Source: Cyanophora paradoxa CCMP329
Lineage: Eukaryota > Plantae > Glaucophyta
Assembly (NCBI GenBank): GCA_004431415.1
Contig: QPMI01000048.1
Span: 1-64,000, forward strand
Direction of reading: 5' to 3'
Length of the DNA stretch: 64,000 nt
Part shown: piece after piece, positions 50,101 to 61,900 of the stretch
Numbering within the stretch: the stretch's first letter is position 1
Layout: each line of letters starts with the position of its first letter
Program-made: the position numbers and the translations under genes
Notes under the pieces: model-generated
What the model was told of the DNA's origin: nothing
Databases searched by the model: none
What the model saw: the letters and a program-made list of their open reading frames with translations, nothing else

Positions 50101-53100
50101 GAGTCGATATGAGCCCTACCCCCCCGTAGGAGCGCGAGCCCTACCATAGATTTGATTCGAGTCGATATGCCGCCACACGGCCTCCTTCTTTCCCCCTCCT
50201 CCTCTATTCGTCCAGTCCTCTCCCGTCCCGCCCGCCCCTCCCTCCCTCACCGGCGGTCGGCGCGCAGGCGGGTCTACGAGGAGCTGCGCGCCAAGCTGCC
50301 CCAGGCCGAGCTCCCCGAGCTGGTAGTCTGATCTCTCTGATCTCTCTCTTTTCACTCTCTCTCGTTCGGTTCTCACGGCTCTCGCCACCTTCCCGCCAGG
50401 TCCTCGACGGGGGGGAGAAGGAACTCATGCCCCGGTGCGCGCGGCGCCGTACCCCTCCACCAACCCCCCTCCCCTCCCTCCTCTCCGCCCTCCTCCACGC
50501 CCTCCTCCCCGACCTCCTCTCACCCCCCTTCAGGTTCGCGGAGTGGCTGGGGGCGCTGGGCGCCGAGCTGCCCTCCCGCTGCCTCCTCGTCCTCGACGGC
50601 CTCGATCAGGTGGCGCCCCGATGCCTTTCTTTAAGCTTTAAGCTTTAGCTCTCTTAAGCCCGTCTATTACGCTTTCCCTCCCGCTCTTTGTCTCCTCTCT
50701 CTTAAGCTCTTTCTATGAAGCTTTCTTCTTTCTCGGCCCCTCTCCTCTTCCATTGAGCGAGAAAGAAAGAAGCTTCATAGAAAGAGCTCGGTCGAGAAAT
50801 GGAAGAGGAGAGGGGCTTCTTTCTTTGGAAGAAGGAGAGCCTTTTCTGCATTGAGCTCTCCTCTTCCAAAGGAGGCCTCATCAATACCGTCTTTTTCTCT
50901 TCTGATACCCCCTCTCCCCCTCTCCCTCCCCCTCTCCCCCCCCCTCCTCGCCCCCCCCCCCCCCCCCCCCACTCCCCCTAATCCCGTCGTCCCCTCAGCT
51001 GCTGGACCGGGAGGGCGCCCAGGGCCTGGACTGGCTCCCCGCCGGCCTCGCCGGGCCCCGCCTCCGCGTCGTCCTCTCCTGCGGCCCCGGTGCGCCCGGC
51101 TCCCAAGATTAGATCCCTAAGATTAGATCCCTAAGATCGGCTAGGGCGTGGTGCGCCCGGCTCCTAAGATTAGATCCCGGCACCGCCGATCTAATTTCCA
51201 ATGCTCCTGCTCCATCGACCCCGGCTCCTAAGATTAGATCCCTGAGATTAGGTCCCGGCACCGCCGATCTAATTTCCAATGCTCCTGCTCCATCGACGGC
51301 GCGGCGCGGCGCCGCTGACGCGGGGCGGGGCGGGGCGGGCGGGCGGGGCGACAGGCACGCGCTGCAGGCGGCGGAGGGCCGCGCCCACGTCCGCCTCGAC
51401 GTCACCCCCTCACCGACGTCCAGGCCCGCCCCGCCCCCCGCCCCCGCCCCGCCCCGCCCTTCAGAACCACCTTCAAATATTCCCATCACCGACCCGCCCG
51501 CCCCGCCCCGCCCACTAGAACCGCGTTACGTTGCCTCGCCCCGCCATCCCCCCCCCCCCCCCCCCCCCCCCCCCGCGCCCGCCGCCCCGCGCCCCGCCGC
51601 CCTCCGAACGAGCGCGCGCCCGGGCTGAGGCGGCGGGGCCCGGGGGGCAGGCGGAGGCGCTCGTGCGGATGGACCTCGACTACAGCGGCAAGTCCCTCTC
51701 AAAGGTACCCCCCCTCCTTCCCCCCCCCCGGCTCCCCGTGACGCGACGGTGGCACAGGAGCACCTGGGAAGGGTCCTGGCCTCGCCGCAGTGCCGCACGC
51801 CCCTCTTCGTCCTCGTCGTGCGCCCCATCCTAGAATGAACTCATCTGGGCAATTCCCATCTGGCCATTCGAGAATGGGGCGTTCATTCTAGAGTTCCACC
51901 CTAGGAATCGTCCATCCCGCCGTCCTCGTCGTGCGCCCCATCTTAGGATGAACTAGGCGGCCTTTCCACCGCTTGCTTCGCCCGTCCCGCCCCGCCCCGC
52001 CCGCCCTTGCTCCATCCCGCCCGCCCGGCCCTAAACTAGCCCCGCCTGGCCCCGCCCGGACCCGAACCCCCCCCCTTCCCCCCCCCCCCTCCTTTCGCCC
52101 GGCCCGACTCCGCCCCGCCCCCCTCGGCAGCTGCTGGAGGAGCTGCGGGCGGGGGCGGTGCACGGGACGCTGGGGCAGCGGCTCGATGAGGGCCTCGCCT
52201 GCACCTCCGCCGCCGACCTCTTCGCCCTCGTCGTGCGCCCCGCGCCCGCCCGCCCGTCTAAGTTGAAGGAAACGAGCGTCTTCGATTGCGATTAACATTC
52301 CTTAAAGCGAGCTTCGTGCGCCTATCTAAGGTTTACTTTTCTCTTGCTCGAGCTTTTTTTGCCTTGGGCCATCGGACTTTTCGAGGAGCGATGCTTCGAT
52401 CCGCCGGCTTGCCCCAGCGGCCTTCTTCGGCGCGCCTGAACCAACGGCCCTCCCGGCGCAGATCAAGCGGCTGGAGGGGGCGCACGGGGCGGAGCTGGTT
52501 CGGGGCGCCCTGGCGGCGGTCGCCTGCTCCCGGCGGGGCCTCGCCGAGGGCGAGATCCAGGGCCTCCTCCAGGTCCGGCCCGCCGGGTTATCAGGCGCTC
52601 TTAGGCTTCGTTGTTAGACGTTTATAATCAATTAGAGGTAGAGAGGTAGACCCTCTTCTCTATCTAGCTGCAGTTTCGGCTTCTATCTAGGGCGAGATAT
52701 CAGGCGCTATTAGACTTCAGGCGCTATTAGGGCGTCCTGCAGGCCCGGCCGGCCCCGCCCCGCCCCGCCCCGCCCGTTACTGAGCGCCATCAACTTCATT
52801 AGACGGCCTGCGTCCTTCCTTTCTTTCTTCGCAGCTAATCTAGTTCTTTAGTCACATAGGACGCACATCGCGTAACGTTGTCCTTCGTCTCACTTCCCCG
52901 TCCCCGCAGGCGGCCGGCGTGCCGCACAGCGGTCTCGCGTGGGCCGAGTTCCTTGCCGCCTCCCAGGTCCCCCCCTCCCCCTCCCCCTCCCCGGCCTCGG
53001 CCTCCCCCGCACCTGCTGACCCTCCCCGCCCCGCCCCCCGGCAGTCCCTCCTCTCGGAGCGTGACTCGCTGCTCGGCTTCTCCCACCGCTACGCCGAAGA

Positions 53101-53444
53101 GGTCCGATCGCGAGACGAAGCGCGCTAAGATCTAGAGACACACAGGACAACGTAGAGGCATAGAAAGAGTACATTATATACGGCTGAGGGGCGCGCCGGT
53201 GCATTATAAATGGAGAAAGCGCATTATCGATCGCGAGACGAAGCAAGCGCATTATAGACAGAGAAAGACAGAGCTGACAGCTGACGCGCGCGCCTCGCCC
53301 GCGTCAGGCGGTGGTGCGGGCGTACCTCTCCGCGTCGGAGGCGCGGGGGCGGGAGCAGGGGCGCCCGGGGGGCAGGCGGGCCCGGGCCATGGAGCGCGGC
53401 TCGCCTCGCTCCTCTGCGAGCCCGACGTCGAATTCGAATTCGAA
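47131..53444 (+). pseudogene. N-acylated DUF4062 - NACHT (NPHP3/TEP1/NWD-like STAND NTPase) gene, copy 1, 3'-truncated by the duplication junction
   Basis: N-terminus MGCGSS. DUF4062: VFLSSTFADMGPERE, VDLRWGV, ICLQEVERC, SRYGW, RSVTEHEI. Walker A LVTGPDGVGKS|ALLANW (49627). Walker B LLVLDGLDQ|L. Downstream: LDWLP, TPLFV..LEEL, SRRGLAEGEI, LLGFSH. The sequence switches to duplicated antisense DNA at 53445. Confidence 0.82.
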
Positions 53445-56400
53445 TCGAATTCGAACGGGTTTCGGAGAATTCGAACATGGACCCGCGCGAACCAGGACAA
53501 TGGATAGAGAGAGGCGGTCAGTCACGGCGCATCCGGCGTACGAGTCGCGGCCGCTAGCCACAAGCCCTGCAAGTCAGAGAGATTCGAGGAGGGTAACGGG
53601 CTCGGGGCGCTCACAGGGGGCAGTACAGGAGGTCGACGGTGCCGGGGCCCGTCTCCGTGAGCGGCGGAACCGTTATCGAAAGCGTGTACGTGGAAGAGGC
53701 GACAGCGCCTGAAACCAAATTCGATATCATTGAATTCGTCAACGGCATTGAGTTCTAATTATAAATCCACGCCGTGAACGCACCAGTCCAGTTGGCGAAC
53801 GAGACGAGCGTCGGGGCCAGCTTCCCCTTTCCCACGACCAAGGTCGTGAGGGGGTCGACGGGCGACGGGAGCCCCGTCGCGGTGCGCGTGACGGCGACCG
53901 TGCACGTGAACGTCGATCCGCGGGGTACCTGATCGCGATCGAGCGTCGCGATCGCCGATCGCGAGCGCGTTGAGAGAGGAGAAGCCAAACTTGAAAGCCA
54001 AGCGGCGCACTATGAATGTGCCGTTGACCGTGTCGTTGCCGCAGTTCGCTTTCAAGACGTAGCCCGGGTCTGACCGCAAAAGAAGCCGCGAATACTTATT
54101 AATTAATGCAGACGCAGATAGGTGTTCAAGGCAGCGGCACCCGTGAAGGCCTGCAGGAAGTTTCCGCCCTTGGACGTGTAGCCCTTCGAGAAGGCGCAGC
54201 CGAGGGCGAGGCCGTCCCGCGCCGGGTCGAGCAGGGCGGGGTCCTCGACTGTGACGCGGAAGGCGTGCGCCGTGGCGGCCCCCTCCGCGCTCGCCAGCGT
54301 CGGCTGCGCGCAGGCGTGTTCTTGTCACAGTGTGCGTCAGAATTCGTCCGGCGGACAATTCAAAGAGGAGCCTTAAGCGAAGCTTAAGCGATGAAGATGA
54401 AGCTTGATTTCGGAGGACCTGAGAGACTGCCAGGCCGGTGGTGTTGGCTGTCAGGCGGCAGCTCGGGAAGGGAAGGGCGTTGTTGATGAGGCGGGGGAAG
54501 AGGACGCAGTGGAAGGTGAAGCCGACCGCGGCAGTCTCCGTTGTGAGGAGGCAGCTGACGACGGAGGACTGGTCGGGGCCTGCGCGCGCGTGCAAGGCGG
54601 ATGTCGTCACTGATCCGAAAGAGAATGAGCGGGGCGGAATTTGAAGGTACGTGCATGGGGAGGCGACGAGAACACGTGTGTTCAATCCCCAGTTGGGGTA
54701 CGTGACGGGGCCCAGGCCGCTGCCGCCGCCCCCGGAGACGAAGACCCACGTGTCTTTTCGGGGCGGATTCAGCGGCGTCAGGAGCAGTTCGGGCGGCTGC
54801 GTGAGGCAGCACAAACTCGCCTTTGACCTGCGGCCGGTTTCGGAAAAGCTGAAGTTAAGCGGACGCGGAACGGAAAGTGGGAGCTGCAGCTGGCCGCGGA
54901 GGAGTTCGGACCAGGTACTGGGTCGGGGCAACGCCCCAGAGAAGGTTGGCGGCCCCCGCCGGCACATTGACCTGCGGGTGCGGGCGCGGATGATCATGAG
55001 GGGCCAGGCTGCATATTGCATAGCGTCGAGAAGCTTAAGGACGAGAGCGGGGGCGCTCACGGGTGTCGTCCCTGCATACTCCCACAAGTTCGTCTGCACG
55101 GCGCGTCGGACGTCTCTCATGATCAGAGTTATAATTAATTATAAGCGCGTGCACGACCGGCGGCCGTGGGCGGGACCGGCCGCGGGTCGGCGCGCGCACC
55201 TCTGTATCGTACGCCCACATCTCCGCGAGCTGCGAGGGCAACCGTGAGCTGTGCCGCGGGCACTTGCTGCGCATTATAATTAAATGAAAGGCGCCTGGTA
55301 GTACAACGCATTGGAGTCGTAGCCCTGGCCACCGTACACTGCGCGAGCGCAGCGTTTTCGCCAACGCCGCGCTTTGGCTCTCACCGCGCAGCGAAAGATC
55401 CAGAGGACGGCAGCGCACTGTAAAACTTCGTTCCGTACGTCGCGTATATGGAACCGTAGCGCCCCCAGGGGCCCCCTGCAGGCGCCACATGGACTACGGT
55501 GTACACGTACGTGTCTGCCGAAGCGTGGTCATGAGGCCTATATAGCTAGGGTATCGATAACGCGAGCGCTTTTGGTAAATCATATTTAGATTTCCGCTCT
55601 TAAGCTTGGGCCGTACCCATATTGAGCTTCCCAAGGGTCCAGTCGACGACAGGCCCGCCGCCGGCGTTCATGGACCAGTGGTTCGCGACGCCTCCGTACA
55701 TCCTGTTCGACGCGACGCCGACGCCCGGCCGATGCCAACGTCAGCGCGAGATATACAAGCATACTCATGAACACGGAGACTCGAGCTCTGAGATCTAGAT
55801 CTAGAGCGCCGAGCTTACACAGATAAACGCCGACCACATCGTATCAATCATCGATAGACATTTTATCAAGGAAGCCTTAAGCTCGATGCGATGCTTATCA
55901 GATATCGATAGACATTTTATCGAGGGAGGTTTCATTATATTAATCTCTCGTGCGGGGCGGCCGCGGGGCGGGGCGGGGCGCGCGCGCCAGATGTTGCGGC
56001 CGATGACGGCTCCTGAGGACATGTATGCGGCCGGCATCGGCGCGCCGGAGGTCGCCTGCGTCCACAGGGCGCCCGCCTGCGCGTCGAAGATGCCGAGGCC
56101 CCCCACGAGGCCGGCCAGGTTCCAGCCGCCTGCGCGCGCGCGGCTCGACGCGTACGTACGCGGGGCGAGGGCCGCGGACGGGTCGGGTGCATGACTGGAT
56201 GTCCATGGCTGGCTCACGCGCCAGGTGCGGGCGCAGGGCCTGTATAGCTTGCAATTGCTAGCTATAGGGACGGCCGACGCGCACCGACGACGAGGACGTA
56301 CCGGTCGTCCTTCACAAAGGCGTTCGCGTCGTACCGCACCTGCGATCGCGGTAGCGATCGCGAGCGACAGCGGAATCGGAATCGGAATCGGTTTAAATTT

Positions 56401-58050
56401 ATCTCGCGCGGGGCCGTATACGTAGAGCTGACGCCGTCCGTCGGTCGGCGGGGGCGCGATGTATCCGTATATATGTGTATATATAGCATTATGTAGCTAC
56501 AGGCAGCTGCACGCGCAGCTGCAGCGGTATCGTGTACTTATAATTATAATATCGGAATCTTGGCGAGACAGGAGTAGCAATATAGCGCGAGGAAATTAAA
56601 TCAAAGCTCTAGCTTTCTTATAAACGCACGGGCGTGGATCCCGAGGCGGAAGCCGTCGCCCACGCCGTCGTCGCGGGATCGTACCTGCCGGTCCGATCGC
56701 GAGCCCGAAGGCACGGCCGCGATATCGAGCGGCTGGCGCCGCGCGCGCGCACATGCGCACCGGTACACAACGAACGACGCGCCGGCAACGAGCGCACCGC
56801 TGCCCATCCGTTCAGAGGCCGATTGCAGACCCCGGCCCGGGATACAAAAATAGCGCACCCGAAGGCGTAGTACTGGCCGCGGACGACGGCCGCCGGCGAG
56901 TTAAGCGTCGGGAGCATCCAGGGCGCCGCCTGCGCCGGCGGGTTCGAGGTGCCCCGCACGGTGCCGTCCGACCAGGGCGACGCCGCGACGGCTGCGCATG
57001 CAGAGCCCGGCCGTGGGATCAAGCGGGGCCGGTCCAGATCGTCGAATCCATTTCAAGAGTCTACAGCGAAAAGAAAACGGGAGCCGCACTGAAATTAATC
57101 GAGACGAAAGAGGGGTGCGGCCTGCGCGAATGCGAACATGAATTCGAATGATATGAATCCAAGAAAGAGGGCGAGACTTCACTGTACCCCGCGAAGGCGA
57201 CGTCACCGATGACGCCCCCCGCCAGCCGGTCCGAGACCGGAGGCGCCACGCCCGTGTTCGGGACGTGCACGAGGAAGAGCGCGCCCGTGCACGTGCCGGC
57301 CTTGAGGGCTCGCCGCGGTTGCTGGCCATATGCATGGGACCGGCCGGGGGAGCTCGCGGCGCTCAGGCTAGCGCTCGAGCCCGCGGCCGGATCCGGAGGG
57401 CCGAGGGCGGCGCCCAACTTGTCGCTCCCAGCTGCACCTTCTGCAGCAGAAGCGTCCGAAGGCGGGCGGGTACCCGGGGCGACCTCGCCTAGGCCTGGCT
57501 CCCCATACGTGTCGACTGCCCGGGGGCGGGACGCCGCCGCCGGCACTGCGCCGCGGCCGCCGGTCAGCGATCGGAGGCGGCGCGGCGCGCGCGCGGGCGC
57601 ATGCGCAGTCGCGAGGATCATCATGAGCCGGGGCCCTGGGTCACAAGTCTACTAGATCGATAGCTAAATGTTCGTAGGGCGACACAGCTGCAGATCTAGA
57701 GTTCCAGGGGGATGCAAATGCGCGGGATAGCTGTGCGGCCCACGCCTGTCGCTTTAGCTATCATAGTATAGCTATTTAGCTATAGCTTAGCTATAGGCCC
57801 TGAGGGCCGGCGCCGGCCGGGCCGGCGGCCGCGCGCGCGCGGCCGGCCGCGGCGATCTCGGAAAAGGCGCACCCGTCGCCAATAGGAAGACCGCGGCTGA
57901 GACAGCGAGAGCAAGGCTACGCAGCTGCAGCCACAGCTGCAAGCGCGGCGCGCGCGTCTGCCGTCCGCGCCGGCATGGAAAGACGTGGCCGCTGCAGCTG
58001 GCAGCTGCAGATCCGGCCGCGGGATCCGCAAAAACCGTTAGCGCGCGCAT
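53445..58050 (-). pseudogene. Second, 3'-truncated copy of the Kelch/Ig-like gene (signal + Kelch + first Ig-like repeats; no TM region)
   Basis: Paralogous to 41574-46163; starts MRALTVF at 58050 and ends at the junction within an intron. Confidence 0.85.
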
Positions 58051-58987
58051 GTGCGTCCCTCGTACTCGAGCTCATGGACCAGCGATTTGCTCACGCGGCT
58101 GCGAGGCGATACCTACTAGAAAGGCTAATACGTATACTCGGCGTGGATATGCGCAGCTGCAGGCAGTTCAGCTGGCCGTGGCCGATTGGGATCGGAGCTG
58201 GCGTGTCTGCGCATGCTCTGCGCGGTCATATCACGACTCATATATATACGTCCAGCTGACGAAGCTGGCGCCGCGCGCGGCGATGCGCCTGCATGCGCAG
58301 CCTGCAGGCTGCAGCTAACCGACGGTGATCATGAGGCCGCGGCCGCTGAGGCTGCTAAAGCTAGCTATAGCTGGCTAGGGCTGCTCTTCCTTCAGGCTGA
58401 TGCGGCGCGCGGCGGCGCCGCGGCGCATGCGCTTCCGAGTTCAGCGGGCGGGGCTGCACCCGGTACGGGTGCACCGTGCGGGCCGTTGCGGCACTGCGGC
58501 ACTGCGCTACCGCTGCTCATGCAAGCCTTGATATCGATCATGAAGCAAGTTGAAGGGCGCCGGCGCCCGGCGCTGCAGCTGCTGCTGCTAGCAGGAGCTC
58601 AATGCTCAGCTCATTCAGGGATCGGGGTACTTGCACATGCGCGTAAAAAAGCTTCATTGGCCAAATATAATACGCCGTTTCATTGGCCAGAGAGACTGAA
58701 GCTTGGGGTACAGCCGAATTCATTGCCGCCCCGCCCCGCCGCGCCCGCATCAGCATGCATACAATTCCGTTGTGCATGTTCATCGTGCACTACGGTAGCC
58801 TAGTAGACCCCGCGCATGTCAACCGTCTTCCACGAGCTCATCGAGACGTGGGGGTACGATGCGAGCTCAAAATTAGGGGGTACAGCGCCGAAGCTAACCA
58901 AGGAAGCGCGCCCGAGGTGAGCCCCAAGGAGCGCGATAGCGTCATTGCATGCGGTCGTAGAGTCTGTGCAGCGCGCACCTTCCTCCG

Positions 58988-61900
58988 ATGGGCTGCGGGT
59001 CGTCAAGCTCCGCCGCGCAAAGCGCCAGCTACGCAGCCGACAAGGCCGGGCAGTCGGGCCAGCAGGTCCCTACCGCATCCGCAAATGCAAGCGGTGCATT
59101 AGACCAGGAGACGAAGCAGGCGTCCGCTGGCGGCTCTCAGGATGCACAGCCGAACTCAGAACCCCAACCGCAGCCAGCGAACGGAGAGCAGAAGGTGCGA
59201 TGCGTTCGCCTTGCATCGCGCTTAAGGGCGCATGCAGTGCGGGCGCTCCGCCTGACCGGACCGGCAGCCGCAGTCGGAGGCCAATGCGGAGCGGCGGGAG
59301 CTGCCGCCCATCCAGCTGCGGGGGGCGCCGCCGCGCGCGTTCAGCGGCGCGTCCGTGGGATCGGTCGCGATCGACCTCACGCGGACGCCCTCCCTCCTTA
59401 GCGCCGCCCAGTCGCCGGGCGCGTCCCAGCACGGCGCGGCGCAGCCGGCGGCTGCGTCGGACGCAGCGGCGGCGACGGCGCAGCCCGCGGGGAACGCAGC
59501 GTCGACCGTCTCCGAGCGCCGCGTTGAGCCCGTCTCGTCAGTAACAACGGCGCCGCCGCCGCCCGCGGTGACGCAGGGCCCGCCCTCACCGGCCGCCGCC
59601 GCCTCCAAGACGGCCCTTCCGCCTTCGCCCAAGGCGGCGGCGCCGCCCTCGCCCAAGACCCTCGGGCCCCCCTCGCCGCGGGGGATGCTGGCGCCGCCCT
59701 CGCCGGCGGGCGACCAGATGCACCCGGACACGGCCTCGGGCGTCTCGTCGGGCCCGCCCTCTGCCCGCCAGTACATCGACCTGCGCCACCGCCTGCGCTC
59801 CAGCGACCGATTCGTCAGGGGTACGCGTTCATTGGGCTCTGGCCGCCCCCGCCCCGCCCCGCTCGCCCGCCGCCGCCGCCGATCGAAAGTTTTCGCCGCA
59901 GTCTTCCTCTCCTCTACGTTCGCCGACATGGGGCCCGAGCGGGAGGCGATCCAGAAGAGCGCTGTACCCCGCCTGCGGGGCGCCCTCGCCGCCCGCGGCC
60001 TCTTTTTCTCGTGCGTCGACCTCCGATGGGTGCGCACACGTACCCCCCTCCCACCTCCCAATCGCGGCCCCTTCCGCCCCCGCTGAGCTCGGTACCCGGC
60101 GCAGGGCGTGACGGAGGAGCAGGTCAAGAACGGGACGGTGCGCCGTACCCCTGCCCCTTCTTTCCCCCTCTTCCCCTGTTCTGATCCGGTACCCCCCCCC
60201 GAAGGTCTCTCGCATTTGCCTGCAAGAGGTCGAGCGCTGCACGTATTTACTCGCTTTTCTGAAGGCTCGTTCGCGTACCCCCTCCCCCTTCTTGCGCCCC
60301 CCCGTACCCCTAATCTCTTCCTCCCCCCTCCGCCAGTCCCGCTACGGGTGGCACGCCCCCCCGGGCGCCGGCTCCGACGACCCTTCGTGAAGTGCGACCG
60401 TACCCCGCCGAAACCTGCGATCCCGTACCCCCCTCGTGAATGCGTACCCCCAGGACCCTCGAGACGGCCGCGGAGAGTTCCCCTTCCTCGTTAAGTATGC
60501 GGACCGCTCCGTCACGGTACCCCCTCGCAGCCCCCGTACCGCGTACCCCCTCCGTGTTGAAGTACCTGCCCCTGCGCAGGAGCACGAGATCCGATTGGGC
60601 GCCTTCGTGGACCCGCTGGTGCGTGCGAGACGGGGGATCGAGTCCTGGCGTGCCCCTTTCGGCCGCTCTGACTGACATCGCCGCAGGGCCGCGAGCGGTG
60701 CGGCGTGACGTCGCGCGCTTCTGGTTCGCTTCTGCGGCCCTCTCTGGCGGTGCGGGCGGGCGCCGTACCCATCTTCTTCCTCCCGTAATCGTGTACCCCG
60801 CAGACTCGGGGAGGGCGAGCGGGCCGCCAAGATGCTCCAGTCGCTCAAGAGCGAGGCGCGCTCCCCCCCCTCTTCTCTTCCCCCCGCCCCTTACGCCTGT
60901 ACCCCCCGCAGATCGCGGGGGCGGGGTTCGGGCTGGGGGAGTACGCGTCGCCGGCGGGCCTCGCGGGGGCCATCCACGACGCCGTCCTCGAGGTAAGCGG
61001 GGCCGGGGTGGAGGGATGGACAGGGGGTACGCGATAGACACGAGGGGGAAGCCTGCCGGCCAGAGTGGGATGGCTACCGGGCCAGCCGCGCCCCCGCGGA
61101 CGGAGCGTAGGCGGTCCGTAGGCCATAACAGAAGCACGCGAAAGAAAGAGCGATGGGGTCCGCGGCTCGGGCGGGCGGCGCGCCTCGGCCTTCTCCTCGT
61201 CCCGCTGACGCTCTCTCCTCTTCTCCTCGGGCAGATGGTGGCGCGAGATTTTCCGGCGGTGCCAGCGGCCTCGTGGATCGAGCGCGAGCTCTCCGTCCAC
61301 GCTGCCTTCTCCGCCTCCCGCAGGCCCGCCCCCTCCTCGCCGCTTCTTCTCCTCGGCTCCTCTTAAGCTGCCCGCAGGCGTCTGTACGTGCCGGAGGCGG
61401 GGCGGATGCGGGCGCTGGACGCTTACGCGGAGGCCTCGGGGCCCGAGCTCATGCTCGTCACGGGGCCCGACGGCGTCGGCAAGAGCGGTGCGCGACAGAG
61501 AGAGAGAAGAAGCAGAGGGGAGGAGAGACGCGTGGAAGCGAGCGGCCTCGGTGTGCTCTCTGCTGACTCCCGCCGGCAGCGCTGCTGGCGAACTGGGGCG
61601 GGGAGCGGGCGCGGCGGGCCGGCGGGGGCCCCGGCACCGGGGCCGACCGGGAGCTCGTCCTCGTGCACCACATCGGCAGCGGGCAGCAGTCCGCCCGCGC
61701 CGCCAGCCTCGCCCGGTACCCCCCCCCTCTCCCCCGCCCGTCGGATCTCTAGAGCCGATATAAGCCGCCATAGACTTCATTCGCTATATAAGCCGCTGCT
61801 ATATAAGCCGTCATAGACTTCATTCGAGACCAGGAGACAGGAGGCCGCCACACAGCTTCCTTTCTTTCCTCCATTCGTTCTCTCCCGTCCCTTCGAACCC

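Noticed and set aside
60370-60820. Pseudogenisation of NACHT copy 2
   Set aside because: The 1-bp deletions cluster in G/C runs of exons and introns alike, which is typical of local consensus error; unresolved without reads.
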